NCBI GenBank assembly: GCA_001643675.2
Contig: LSRY02000015.1
Location: 1,054,001-1,118,000 of the forward strand
Source of the DNA: Monocercomonoides exilis PA203
Lineage: Eukaryota; Protista; Preaxostyla
Direction of reading: 5' to 3'
Length of the DNA stretch: 64,000 bases
The notes beneath the pieces are model-generated. The model searched no databases. It had not been told where the DNA came from and worked only from the letters and a program-made list of their open reading frames with translations. Of this stretch, positions 12,301 through 24,089 are shown piece after piece. Every line of letters starts with the position of its first letter. Position 1 is the first letter of the stretch. Both the position numbers and the translations under genes were made by a program.

Positions 12301-12600
12301 CAAACAGTGAAAATACTTTGAAAGAAAGCTTCAGCAGCTTCCCGGAATGGTTCACCTTTATTGTGATGCAGCAGGAAGTGCATTAAACACCCTTCCGGGT
12401 TTTCCGGTGATAACGAATTCAAAAATTCAGATTTTTTTGGTTCCATACCGACTCTTTGTCGCACGGGAACTGGAAAAATACCAAAAGTTATCTTCTTTAT
12501 CATTCATTCAACTGATAAAGGGAAAACTGATTAAATGAAAAGTTCTCAAAAACAGAAGTTTGATATGAACTTCTTTAATTAATAAAAAATTTGATGTGAA
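9400..12600 (-). pseudogene. Decayed multi-exon gene remnant, product unidentified
   Basis: Short protein-like ORF pieces (12294-12503, 9904-10200, 9609-9854) separated by intron-like pyrimidine tracts, with stops and frameshifts. Confidence 0.35.
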
Positions 12601-12745
12601 GATTGTTTTTTTTACACTTCATTGAGAATTGAAGGATTTGAAAATGCGTTGTTGGAAAAAAGATGTGATGAAGAAAATGCAAACATTGAAAAACTGAAAG
12701 AATGGATTTGACGAGCAAATGGCATGCATATTTTCAAACAAACCG

Positions 12746-12817
<72 letters not shown>
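12746..12817 (+). repeat. 72-nt poly(A) run
   Basis: Uninterrupted A homopolymer. Confidence 0.95.
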
Positions 12818-12819
<2 letters not shown>

Positions 12820-12899
12820 GAAAATACAACGTATTAACCCATGTATCAAAATGAAATGAAAATTGAAGAGAAGAGGAAAGACATTTTTCTGTGTAAGCG

Positions 12900-15800
12900 T
12901 GGAGAGGAATTCGTTAAAAAAATGAATTTGAATTGAATTTAGGTAAAAAATCAGGAGAATGAAGACGAAGAAACAGAAAGCGACGCTTTGGTGACATCCG
13001 CAAATGAGTGTTGATTCATGTCAATTTTCATCAAAGTCGGAACAGAAAAAGCAGTTTCTTCTTATTCCAATACTGAAGAAGAGAGAAAAGATGGAAAGGC
13101 AGAAATGCATGCCAACAGTATCAGTACCTGCATCGGAGAAGGAAGAATGTATTTGAGAGGCAACTGGATGAAAAGCTAGTGATTAAATAATCGATATCTA
13201 CTGGAACTTCTTTAACTTCTCCATTTGTTGGATCGACTAAAACAGATGTTTGTTATGTTGTTTTTTTGTTGTTCTCTTCGCTTTTGTATTGAACGGGTGA
13301 AGATGAACTGCATATACAAATTCTGCTGGTGGTTTGTCATCTTCGACAGGATCGATGCGTGATGACTTTTCATCACGTAATCCATATTCGGAATAGCTTA
13401 TCTACCTGCAGCAGTCAATACAAAAGCAGGAGACATTGAATGTAATTTCATGTGCAGACCATCCAGTTCACCCTGAACTGTCATCGGTGCATCAAATACC
13501 ATTGCAGAAAGAGAATAACTGTGTTTCAAGGAGAGAGAAATAACTTGTTGATTGAAAGAATTGGAGAGAAATAGGAGATAGATGAAAAAGGTTTCATTTC
13601 CGGGAGCTAGAAATGTTGGGAAAGGGAATCAATGAACATGAGCATTGATTTGAATAACACAAAATATGAAGACGGAGATGTGCACGCGAAAGGAGTGTCC
13701 GAAGAAGATATTTAATGAAAAAAAAAACAGAAAAAGAAAAAGAAAAATAGGAGAAAATGGAGAAAGATGATGAAAAAGATGAGAAATATAGAGAACAATC
13801 GTAGAAAGCAGAAAAAGATGCGGAATACGAAATGTTTTAATAACATTCGTATGAAATACCAAGCTGCCTTAATTCTATATTTTGTTGTCCTGTTTTGTCT
13901 CCTCTCTTCTTTCACTTTCATCTTAGACTTCTTTCAAAAGGCTTATTCTGCAATTTGCTTCAATAGATGCTGCTGAAAAGGAAAATGAGATGATGAATGA
14001 AGCAGGAATATTATCTGAGTTTCCTTATTGCCTTTTCTCTATTTTTCTCTCGGTGGTGTAATAATTATTTTTGGAACTCATATTATGCTTCTCCCTTTTC
14101 GTATTGCTTCCTTCATCACCTCGAAAAATAAGCCAACAGAACATGTGCGAAATGTGAGAGAAACTTCGAAACAGCATCTTTAATGAAGAGGAGAAATTTT
14201 ATTGTGAGTGCAGAAGAGAAGGAAGAGAAGGAGGTGGAGAAGGAGGAGGAGAAGAAGAAGGAAAAGAAGGTGAAGAAGAAGGAGGAGGAGGAGGAAAAGA
14301 AGGAAGAGGAAGAGGAAGATGAATAGGTAAAATGTTAAAATGATGATTGAGGAGAAGGTGAAGAAGCAGAAAAAAGCAAAGAAGAATGAGAAGACGAGGA
14401 AAAATGTTAAAATGATGAAGAATGAGATAAATAATTCGACATTTGTGTTGAAGATGATGAAGGCTGCCTGGGACTTGAAGAAGTTTGCGAATCAAACGAA
14501 CGAGAGGCAGACGAAATAGATTGCATTGATTTGCTTTCTATTTGAGATAGCCCGCTTTTCTTTTCCGTCTCAAACGAAATAGCCGCTTTGCTAATCTCTC
14601 TGGCCACACCCTCCTTCTTCTTCGGGTTGATCATCTTGATTTCCGTACTTCTTCTCCATCTTCATCGGAATGCAGGCAAGACGCGGGTTCTCTTCAATTA
14701 CATTATCTGTGCTTCTTCCGAGAGCTCCTCTGCGCCTTTTCGGCTATCCTGAAGTGAGTCTCGGTGTATTTATCTAGATCAGACGCCTCTCAATCACAGC
14801 AGCACCTCTCCATTCTGCTCCAGCACCTCTTCTTCTTCTTCACATCGCTGCTTGATCTTCTGCCTGCCGAGCAGAAGAAAGCCATCCAATTCGTCCCTCT
14901 GTTCCTCTTCCTCGCGATATCTGCTTTCTGTCTCCTGTTTGCTCTTGGCTGCTACTCCTTGCCAATTACCCTCAGCGCTGCCAGGACTTTCTTTCTCCTT
15001 CTCTGTCAAAGCAGTCGGGAATGTGGACATATGCAGTGAAGTCGCTGTATTCTCTTGCTCCTCTGGATGGTAACAGTGCTTGCCAGGATGAGCTGCCTCC
15101 GGTTCCGCGTGAAGAAGCATTAGCATTGTTGACTTCTCTCATTTCTTGTCTGTATAATTCACCATCTCCGTCTGCGTCCTCTTTTTTCTCCATTCTTATG
15201 ATTTTGAAAGGAACAAAACCGACTCCTCTTTTTGCATCGGATTCATCCTTTTCCACAACTTCGCTTCCATCTATTCCAATTTCACCAGAAGATGCATTAA
15301 ACACGATCATTTCGCAGTCATTTTGTGATGTTCTTCTTTCTTCAACAAAAGCACCCAGCAACTTTGCTTCCCTTTGTTCTCTCGCTTTGTTTTGTTTTTG
15401 TTCCATTCATCCCGATGTTGCTGAGCATAAGTCATATCTTTTGCTTTTGGAGAAGCATTTGACACAGATTTGGGTTGGCTGGCTGCTCCTCAAGTCAGAA
15501 GAGTTGCTGTGCACACAAAATAGAGAGATGAATGAAAAGTGGATGGAGGCGTATTTATCTATTGTGACATGCACAGTTCTACAAGCATCTTCATCATCAT
15601 CACCTTTTCCTTTTTCTCTTCCTTCTCCTCTTTCTCCTCTTTCTTCTTCTTCCGAAAAGATATCTTCCCCACTGCAAACAGCACAAGTCCATTCAACACT
15701 ATGAGACATCCAAGTGAAATTAGCAGCTATATTATTTTGTCGTTTTTCTTATCTGTTAAATGGAGCGAGACATCCTCCACAAACACATCTAATGGTTGCG

Positions 15801-16600
15801 CTGAACTAGTATGTGAAGAACAAGTGCATTCTGCAAAGGCAGATATCTCAGAGAGAGTGAAGACAGGGAGAAATAAGAGAAGAAACAGGGGAGCAGAAGT
15901 GTGCTTGAAGAGAAGAGACATAAGCGAAGTGGCAGATGATGCTGGTGGTTTCAGTGTTGCAGTGGGAGAGGGTGGATAAATGAATTAGGAGATGTGTTGG
16001 CTTTGATGATAAAAATGTTTATGATGATGATGAAAATGAAAATGAATAAAAACATTTTGAGTATTGAATGAAGTTGTGAATCTATTTCTTTTTTCAAAAT
16101 AATTGTTAAAAAAAAACATTAAAAAATAACAGACTTTTTTGTTAAAACCTAAATTTCATAATTTTCACCACCTTGATATCTTTTATTTCATCCTTCAAAA
16201 GCCCTATCTCATTCCATGCATTTGCGCACTTCACCTTTCCCTCAGCCGAAGAGTGCATCAGAAGCACTTTCCATTTTTCTGTCGAGCCAGTCGTTCTTCG
16301 CCTCCACAACAGCACGCAAGCCATGCAAGGAAATACCAATGCCTTCCAACACAATCATCAAAAAGCAGGCATCTTTTGTGCAGAACCGTATGGATAAAGA
16401 AGAGATGCCTGAAATTGAGACAAGGATGAAGAAGACGATGGAAAATACAGACCACTCGATGAAAATAAACAAAAGTGAACAACTAACACGGAAGATAGAA
16501 GAGAGGGATGGATGTGTTTGAAAGGAGTGAAAAGAATAGGAGATAGAGGAAGAGGGAAAAAAAAAAGATAATGATAAAGAAAGAAAGGAAGCTATTTTCA
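12900..16600 (-). pseudogene. Decayed low-complexity membrane-protein gene remnant(s)
   Basis: Coding-like composition with broken ORFs; a TM-like LLISLGCLIVLNGLVLFAVG-KISFRKKKK segment follows an in-frame stop at 15727; Ser/Pro-rich pieces. Confidence 0.4.
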
Positions 16601-17149
16601 AACAGATAGTGATTATTCTTTTTCTTTTAATTATATTTCTTGAAAATTTTGAATATTCAATAAATACTCATATTATCGTGTCTTCATCAAATTTTCAGTT
16701 TGAGAAAGTTATTTTTCAATTTTCAATGTCAGTTATTTGACGAAAATACTAACGATTATGATTAAATCTCTATCTGCAGCATAGACAATTCAGTGAAACG
16801 TCAAGACCTGTTCAAATAATATTAGAATTTAAGCAATATTCAAATCACACCTTTCATGAATATTCTCCTGATATTTCTTTAAAAAACACGTTTGTTTTCA
16901 AAAATGAAAATAAATTATTATTATGGATTTCGAAGTAAATATTTTTTTGCATAATAATGTCATATGCATTGTGATATGTGTGCAGAATAAGTTTGGAACA
17001 AAACATGGTTTTTTTCAAAAATGAAAAAATTTTGCCCCATATGATGTTGTCCATATTTCTTTGCAAAAATTATTCAAATGGGAAATTTTAAATGAATAAT
17101 CAAAAAATTAACGTGAAACTGAATGTTTTTTTATTTAAACGGTTTGAAC

Positions 17150-17380
17150 CATGATCAAATATATGATAAGCTACAATTTGTTGCAATTTGGAACTTCCTG
17201 ATATCCGAACAATTCGTTCCTGGAATTCAAAAATTCTTCTAAGAATATCAACAGATATGATTTTTCAAGTGTTAGTTAGTTGGATAAGGCGATTGCAATT
17301 TATAATGACTCATTATGGTGAGTATTTTTGTGATGAGATTATCCTTTAAAGAGTTATTCATGTTAAAAATTGCGCAGAAA
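17150..17380 (+). pseudogene. Possible P-element/THAP9-type transposase fragment
   Basis: YDKLQ../LELPDIRTIRSW followed 44 residues later by YFCDEII, resembling the LPxxRTLRxW...FDEMxIK pattern; frameshifted and stopped. Confidence 0.35.
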
Positions 17381-17617
17381 TTAATTTGAAGCAATGTGCG
17401 ACCTGATATTGTTTGCTTTTCATCTTGTTTATCAAATAATTTCGTGGGTATTTTCGTTTTTTCGATATTTATCGAATGATGCAGTATGAGACAAATTAAA
17501 GGTGCAAAACCAATAAGAAGTTGATGAATATGAGATTTATACTGAAATGAAGACTGATATTATTGCAAATAATGAAAAAAAGAAAACGGAACTTTTTCGC
17601 AACTCAGAAGAACGATA

Positions 17618-17859
17618 TGGGTAATATTTTTTGAAAAGTCGCAAACGTTTAATTTTCTTATAAATCAAAAATTCCATATTATGCTCAGATTTTTGTTAAC
17701 ATGCAACAAACTTCTCTAATATGGAATCTATTTCTGGATAATGCTATTTCACCCATTTTGAAGAAAATTCGTGAGTGGAAACAGAAATTTGATCGAAATA
17801 AAAAAAAATTGATTTATTCGAAAATAAAACGTTTGCGACTTTTCAAAAAGAATCACCAA
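17618..17859. mobile_element. MITE family B copy (242 bp, TA TSD)
   Basis: TA|TGGGTAATATTTTTTGAAAAGTCGCAAACGTTT...AAACGTTTGCGACTTTTCAAAAAGAATCACCAA|TA; ~40-bp imperfect TIRs; related to 43659-43912. Confidence 0.8.
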
Positions 17860-18572
17860 TATGTGCATTGATTGTAAATTTATTTAAGCTTTCTTCCAAT
17901 ATTTGACAATAAATTTTCTAATTCATCTTTTTTGAAATGAACATCAGTTCGCTATGTTGCGAAAACTTCATTTTTATGAGAACTTTATTTTGCTGAATCA
18001 AAGTGTTTATTGTTTAAAGAAACCTTTGATTTGTTGAAGTTCTTTCTATCAACATTTATTTATGTTAGGTTTTTTTGGATTGTTTCTTCGCTAATAAGTT
18101 TTTTGTTTAATGTGTTTGTTTTCATGCGATTTTCATCTTCAATAAAAAATGCAAATATTTGTATTTAATGTTTTACTTATTAATTGAGATTATTTATGAG
18201 TAACAATGTTAATATAAATACACGATAGTATTTTTATCTTGAATTTATATATCGTTTCGTTTTTCTCAACAAAAGCATTTGATGAAAATTAGAAAAATCA
18301 AATTACAAGAAATCAATTGTGTTAATAAAATCTGATACGAAAAAAATTGATTTATTTGTACAAAAGGATGCCAATACGAATCAAAAAGAATAAAAAAACA
18401 ATATTCACTCAGCACATTTCAATAAACTTTCTTAAATGCAAACAAAAACAAAAACTGCTTCAAAAACAAATTTTTCACTCCAAAAAATTAGAATTCCTCA
18501 AAAGCATTCTTTTAATAAATATCAATCGAGTGAAATTAATAATGCTGAAAATGAAAGTTGAAAAACAATATA

Positions 18573-18830
18573 TGTGTGATTATTTTTGAAAGCATATTTT
18601 TTCTTTCAATATTTTCGGGCAAAAAATTTCTCTTGAACATTAAAAAAAGAATACTGAAAAATAAAAACACAAACAAAGGACATCATCATCTTTGTTTGAG
18701 CAATAACATTTGTTTATTAAACATTTGTGAAAAATTCAGCATTCGAAAACGAAATCTTTTCCCAATGACAAAAAATCCTTCAAAAAATAAACACCACGAA
18801 AAAAGTTATGATTTCTAAAATTATCATCCA
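18573..18830. mobile_element. MITE family C copy (258 bp, TA TSD)
   Basis: TA|TGTGTGATTATTTTTGAAAGCAT...ATGATTTCTAAAATTATCATCCA|TA; homologous to 42946-43204. Confidence 0.7.
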
Positions 18831-19080
18831 TATGAAGCAGAAAAATAGGTGATGCACAAACCATCAGCACTGTTAATTATGCCTGCACCAAAAAAAACAG
18901 CAAAAACTCAACGTTTCAACTAAAAGATGGAAATACAATAACAATTGGGCTCAAAAATGAAAAATATGGAACGAGTAGTTTTTTATTTGCATGGTATGAT
19001 CGACATAAAAAAAGGACAAATCAACATTTTTTGGGACAGACTGAATGAAAAATTTTCGTGTCCCATTATAATTATAAATA

Positions 19081-19349
19081 TGGGACAAAATATTTCACCT
19101 CAGGCATTTTCATTGGAAAATTATGCACTTTTCATCGACTTTTTGAGATAAAAAAATATTATAAAAATGGTTCTATTTTTTGACATTCGTGAAATATCAC
19201 ATAACCTTATATTTTGATTTCTACCATGCATGTTTATGGACATAAAAATCAAATTAATCTTGAAATCTGAGGAAGAAAAAAAATGTGATGAGTGAAGCAA
19301 TTTTTTGTGATTTGTGCAAAAACAGCTTGAAAGTTTATATTTTCCCCCA
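19081..19349. mobile_element. MITE family A copy (269 bp, TA TSD)
   Basis: TA|TGGGACAAAATAT...ATATTTTCCCCCA|TA; homologous to 313-581. Confidence 0.7.
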
Positions 19350-19582
19350 TATTTTAATAAAAAATTTTTATAATTTCAATAAAAAATGATTTCTTCACTC
19401 AAATATTTTGAATAAATTTTCTTATTACAATGATAAATTCAATACACCATTAATTATTCAAAATTGATCAACCAATAATTCGAAATATATAAATTGATTA
19501 TTCTAATTGGTATCCTTTTCATTCAAAATTTATAAAATGGAGTGTTTTTAAAATAAATTTTTTTGTTAAAAATCGGTTATTT

Positions 19583-20116
19583 CCTGAGTATTGGAAAGTG
19601 ATAAAGATATTATTATCTGTCTATATTTGCAGAAAGAATGAGAAATTGAACCTCTAATATTGTTATTTTAGAATAAACATAAAAATTATTGATATTTCAA
19701 AAAAAATATCATCTTCATGGAAATCGGAAAATTTTCGAGTTATTTCACCATTCGAGATTTAATCACACATTATTCAGTTTTAACTTATAATTTGCATCAA
19801 TTTCTCAAACTGAATACAAACATAATTCATAATTGAATAAATCCATGAATGATCTTCCAGTATTCTTCATTTGCTTAAAATTGATCTTCCATAGATATTT
19901 TTATAAAAAAATGAGTTTTAACTGAATAATGTGTGATTAAATCTCGAATGGTGAAATAACTCGAAAATTTTCCGATTTCCATGAAGATGATATTTTTTTT
20001 GAAATATCAATAATTTTTATGTTTATTCTAAAATAACAATATTAGAGGTTCAATTTCTCATTCTTTCTGCAAATATAGACAGATAATAATATCTTTATCA
20101 CTTTCCAATACTCAGG
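19583..20116. repeat. Perfect 197-bp inverted repeat with 140-bp spacer, core of a larger foldback (~19420-21660)
   Basis: 19583-19779 is the reverse complement of 19920-20116; diverged arm homology resumes after the Merlin element (21518-~21660 vs ~19420-19576). Confidence 0.9.
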
Positions 20117-20130
20117 TTAAAACCGTTTTT

Positions 20131-21517
20131 GGTAAATGAAGAAGATAGGGGTACCTCTATTTTTTGTTTGATCCCAGAAAAAATGGAATAAACAACAAAT
20201 ATGAATATTTGTTTTATTCTCATCACTTAAAGTGAAATTTATTTGCACATTTTTGAAAACAAATTATGCTCGTTTTTCAGAAAATATGGGATTGATCAGT
20301 TTTCGTTTTCATTTGATCCTAAGAGAAATGGAAACAAATATATCTATTTCGAGATATTCAAGATTGTTTATGGACCCTGATTGCGCTTGGACATGGAACA
20401 GAGTTCAATGACTTAATTGCTGATCCAAAAAATGAACGAATTGTCAAAAACCAATGAATATATGTCCAAATATGTGGAAGCGTAGCTGGGTTTGTAAAAA
20501 TTGCAAAAGAAAAATAAGTGTTTATAAGGACACTTCGTTTTTTATGTCAAAGATTGGGATATCAAAACTTTTGCAACTTTTGTTTTTATTATAAATGAAA
20601 TATAATTTCAAACAAATCTCGTATTTAGTGGGCATAAGCAGAGATACTGTTTCATATTGGGCAAGTGTTTCTCGAACAGCTGCTGTTTACACTGTTTCTA
20701 AAATGGATTTGACATTGGGAGGATCAGAATGCATCGTTGAAATAGATGAAGCCGTTCTTCGCAAAAGAAAATTCAAAAAAGGAAGGAACAAGCAACAAAT
20801 ATGGATCTTTGGAATGGTAGAAAGTAAAACTGATCGTAACCAAGGAAAATATTTGATAGTTCGTGTCGAAAACAGAAAGAAAGAAACTTTAATACCCATT
20901 ATTGAAAATTTCATAAAAAGGCAGACAACAATTTATTCTGACGATTGGCGGGCGTATTCCTGTTTGAATTCTTTGGGTTTTTAACATTCAACAGTTTGCC
21001 ATAAGTATCGATTCAAAGATAAAACGACATCTGCTTGCCCGAATATTACTGAAGGGCTTTGGAGTCAATTAAGAAGGTTTTTACCACGTTCAAGTACAAG
21101 ATTAAAACTTATAGATACTTATTTGGCAAGTTTAATGATGGAAAGAAACAAACCTTCACATTTTCATGAGTATGTTGAATGATTCATGATTTTGAACATG
21201 CAAAGGAGTTAGAAAAACAAATGGAGCAAACAAGAGATTTTGTCGATGAAAACACAGAGACTGATAGCGATATAACTCTAACAGCTGAAGGATCATCGGA
21301 CGAGGATCTAGGAGCAGGTGATGGCAACAATACTTCTGAATACACTTTAAATTGAGTTTTTTAATATTTTTTCACATTCACAAAATATCTCAAGAATTCA
21401 CTCAATATACTCATTTATTTTTTTTTAAAACAGCATAGAAATTGTTAGTGAAGCTTTTTGAGTACATTCAAAAATTTTCTATAAAAAAAATAGGTGCCCC
21501 TATCTTCTGCTGTTACC
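20131..21517 (+). mobile_element. Merlin (IS1595/ISXO2-like) DNA transposon
   Basis: TIRs GGTAAATGAAGAAGATAGGGGTACCT / AGGTGCCCCTATCTTCTGCTGTTACC; 8-bp TSD CCGTTTTT (20123-20130) / CCGATTTT (21518-21525). Confidence 0.9.
20470..21182 (+). pseudogene. Merlin/IS1595-family transposase pseudogene
   Basis: WVCKNCKRKISVYKDTSFF zinc-ribbon end; VEIDEA, KKGR, WIFGMVE, IYSDDWRAY, HSTVCH, NITEGLWSQLRR; in-frame TAA at 20592 and 20982. Confidence 0.88.
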
Positions 21518-21931
21518 CCGATTTTTCACAAAAATATTTTATTTGTTATTTCCTTTTTTTAAATTTTGGATGAGAAGTTTACCAATTTCGAATAATAAGT
21601 TTTCCAAAATCGAATAATTAATGATGAAATTATAAAAAGATGAAAATTATCATGAATCGGAAAAGTTCCCGTTTTCCAGTCCTCCTTATATCAAAATACC
21701 ATTTATATCTCTTTTTGGAAACAGATTATTCAAAGAATAACAAACACAACACTGACCGGCTGTATTATTTTTTTAATGCATAAAACGATTGATCGATGTG
21801 ATCATTTATATAAACAATTTAATGCGATACATATTTAGTGAAATGAACAAGTTTGAAGGATCTTTGTATTTACCAAGAACAAAAGTGAAAATTGAGGTGC
21901 CTGAGGAGGATTCAGAGCTTGTCGCTCCGAA

Positions 21932-22624
21932 GTGTGCTTGCCTTATTGGAAAACCCGATTCATATTTTTGTTCACTTTTGAAAGGTCTGAAGAAAATGAA
22001 AAAACAGAGGATCAAGACACGGAAGCAAGAAAGGATAGTTTTCGTCAAGTTGTTGGGAATCAATCGAAAATAGCCATCAACGATAAGCTGATGGAAAGAT
22101 TGTCAAAATGCACAATTGCACTTCTGTCAAAGAGCATTCCTGACGTTGCACAAACAGCCGAACGCAAGTCGGGCAGATTGGCCATTCATTTGTCGGACAT
22201 TGGCAAGAGCATGCGGAAAGATATTTATGAATATTATCGTTTCGTGAACGAGGCACACAAGCTGTCAGTGAGCGAAATGGTTGTGTCTTTCATATTTATG
22301 AGAAGGCTGGTGGAGCGAGATTGCGAGAGCAGAAAGGAAACAGCAAAAGGATTTGTTTCATTCGACAGCTACACATCGAACATTTTCAACTCAATTTGCC
22401 TTGCCATCAAGTTTGTTGAGGGATTCAATGGCGGAAGCATGGATCCCCTTTCGAGAGAAAAAGTCGGTCAGCAATTGAGCACAAGCTATTCTTCGGAGAG
22501 TGAGTTTTTACGAGCAATAAATTGTGAATGCTCGGTCAATAAAAAGGAATTTCAGCAAGCTTTTGAAGAATTGGTGAATCCTTTTTACGGAGCGAAGGGG
22601 TTTGCAGAGAAATGGAAGCATTAG
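21932..22624 (+). CDS. Cyclin-box (PHO80/cyclin U-P-like) protein; 5' end uncertain, possible frameshift relative to ATG 21843
   Basis: SEMVVSFIFMRRL...SICLAIKF...SESEFLRAINCECSV matches the helix pattern of the cyclin N-terminal box. Confidence 0.6.
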   Translation: MCLPYWKTRFIFLFTFERSEENEKTEDQDTEARKDSFRQVVGNQSKIAINDKLMERLSKCTIALLSKSIPDVAQTAERKSGRLAIHLSDIGKSMRKDIYEYYRFVNEAHKLSVSEMVVSFIFMRRLVERDCESRKETAKGFVSFDSYTSNIFNSICLAIKFVEGFNGGSMDPLSREKVGQQLSTSYSSESEFLRAINCECSVNKKEFQQAFEELVNPFYGAKGFAEKWKH

Positions 22625-23090
22625 AGCGTTTGTCGATGTGCTCGCAATGCAATTTGCTGAAACCAAAGCATCAGGCCAAATGACACACGATTTGTGATTT
22701 GTGGGTGTCAAAATGTGCAATTGTGTTGATTGGATTTCAAGGAACAAATTTGTTATATTTTGAGTTGTATTTCATGATCTTTTGATGTTTTTTGTTTTTT
22801 CCTGAAATTTACGTTGAAAACGTTAAGTTTATTTGTTGTATTTTAAACAAGTATTTATGTTCTGTTGAGAGTCTATTCGGATGCCAAAATCTGTGCTGAA
22901 AGTTTTATCCTTAAAGATTTTGGAGTTTTTAAAGGATTTGCTTTTTTGAAAGCCAACCTTTTCTCTTTTTTTGTTATTGTTTAATTTTTCGGGTTTTTTA
23001 GAGATTTTTCGAGTGTTTTAGAAAAGAAGTTTGGGTTTGCACATCACACAAATTTTCTTAATTTTTTTACAAAATATATTACGTTTTCTT

Positions 23091-23166
23091 CGTTTTCGTT
23101 CTTTTTCGTTCTGTTTCATTCTTTTTCGTTCTTTTTCGTTCTTTTTCGTTCTTTTTCATTCGTTTT
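23091..23166. repeat. 10-bp minisatellite (CTTTTTCGTT) x ~7
   Basis: Seen directly. Confidence 0.85.
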
Positions 23167-24089
23167 GGATGAATTCTTGATACAGTCTTTATGTCTTCAA
23201 TTTTAATCAATCTCGAGGGAACACGTTGTGCTCTTCTTTTTCTTCAAGAGGTTATCATCGCAATCTTTCTCTTTCTTTTTTTTTTTTTTTTTTTTTGCTT
23301 TAATTAATTTGTTGTTGTTTTTGAGAAATAACAGGTTGATTTGAAGCAAATGTTTTGTCTTTTTTTTTTTTTAAAGAAAACACTTTGACAGTTGCAGTCA
23401 AATTGGACTAATCATTTATAAATTGAAAAAATCAAGTTGAAAAGTTTTAGCAAAGCGAAGAGCAATTGTTCCACAAGTGGGCGAACAAGCTGTCTGATTA
23501 TTCTATGGCTTCAAAGGATTCTTCATTTGTTTCTTTCAGTCCATCTTTGAGGTTGTCTTTCTTGCATTTCTTTGTTCAAGAATAAAACACACTTCATCTC
23601 TGTCTTCAAGTCAGCATGCCAACCGATATCTCAAAGCAGCCATGAAACAAATGCATTTGAAATTCCTTCAAATGCGTTTCTTGTTTTGTTGGCTCAAGCA
23701 ATGTCTCATTGTTTGTGAGTGTTTCATCGAGAATGCTCAGTTTTGCTCATTTGTTCACCCTTCCTTCAATTCGTTCCGCTGTCCATTTGAAAAAATACAA
23801 ATATTCAACGATTCAGCAGTTATGAGATGATGCAATCATGTTGGTGGATCAACAAAATGCGAACAAGAAATGAATGAATGAAGATGGGCAAAACAAGAGA
23901 GAAAAGGATCGCTTTCAGATTAAGAACACATTCAATAAAGAATCCATTCATCGAAAGAAATGAGCAAGGAGAAAGAAGACAAATAAATCGAAAAATGATA
24001 AAAAAAAATCACATAAATGTTGTTTCTTTTCTTTTCTTTCTTTCTTTCTATTTTATTTTTCTTTAAAAAAAATATAAGAAAGAAACAGC

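Noticed and set aside
9400-12900. RIP-like hypermutation of the decayed gene
   Set aside because: The AT enrichment is suggestive, but there is no intact copy in the window to measure mutation direction.
20592-20984. In-frame TAA codons in Merlin as a sign of a TAR=Gln code (known in some oxymonads)
   Set aside because: Host genes here end in TAG (24090, 38725, 46157) and multi-kb ORFs lack internal TAR; ordinary decay explains these stops.
23091-23166. CRISPR-like or telomeric array
   Set aside because: Simple 10-bp tandem repeat with no spacers; eukaryotic context and no cas genes.
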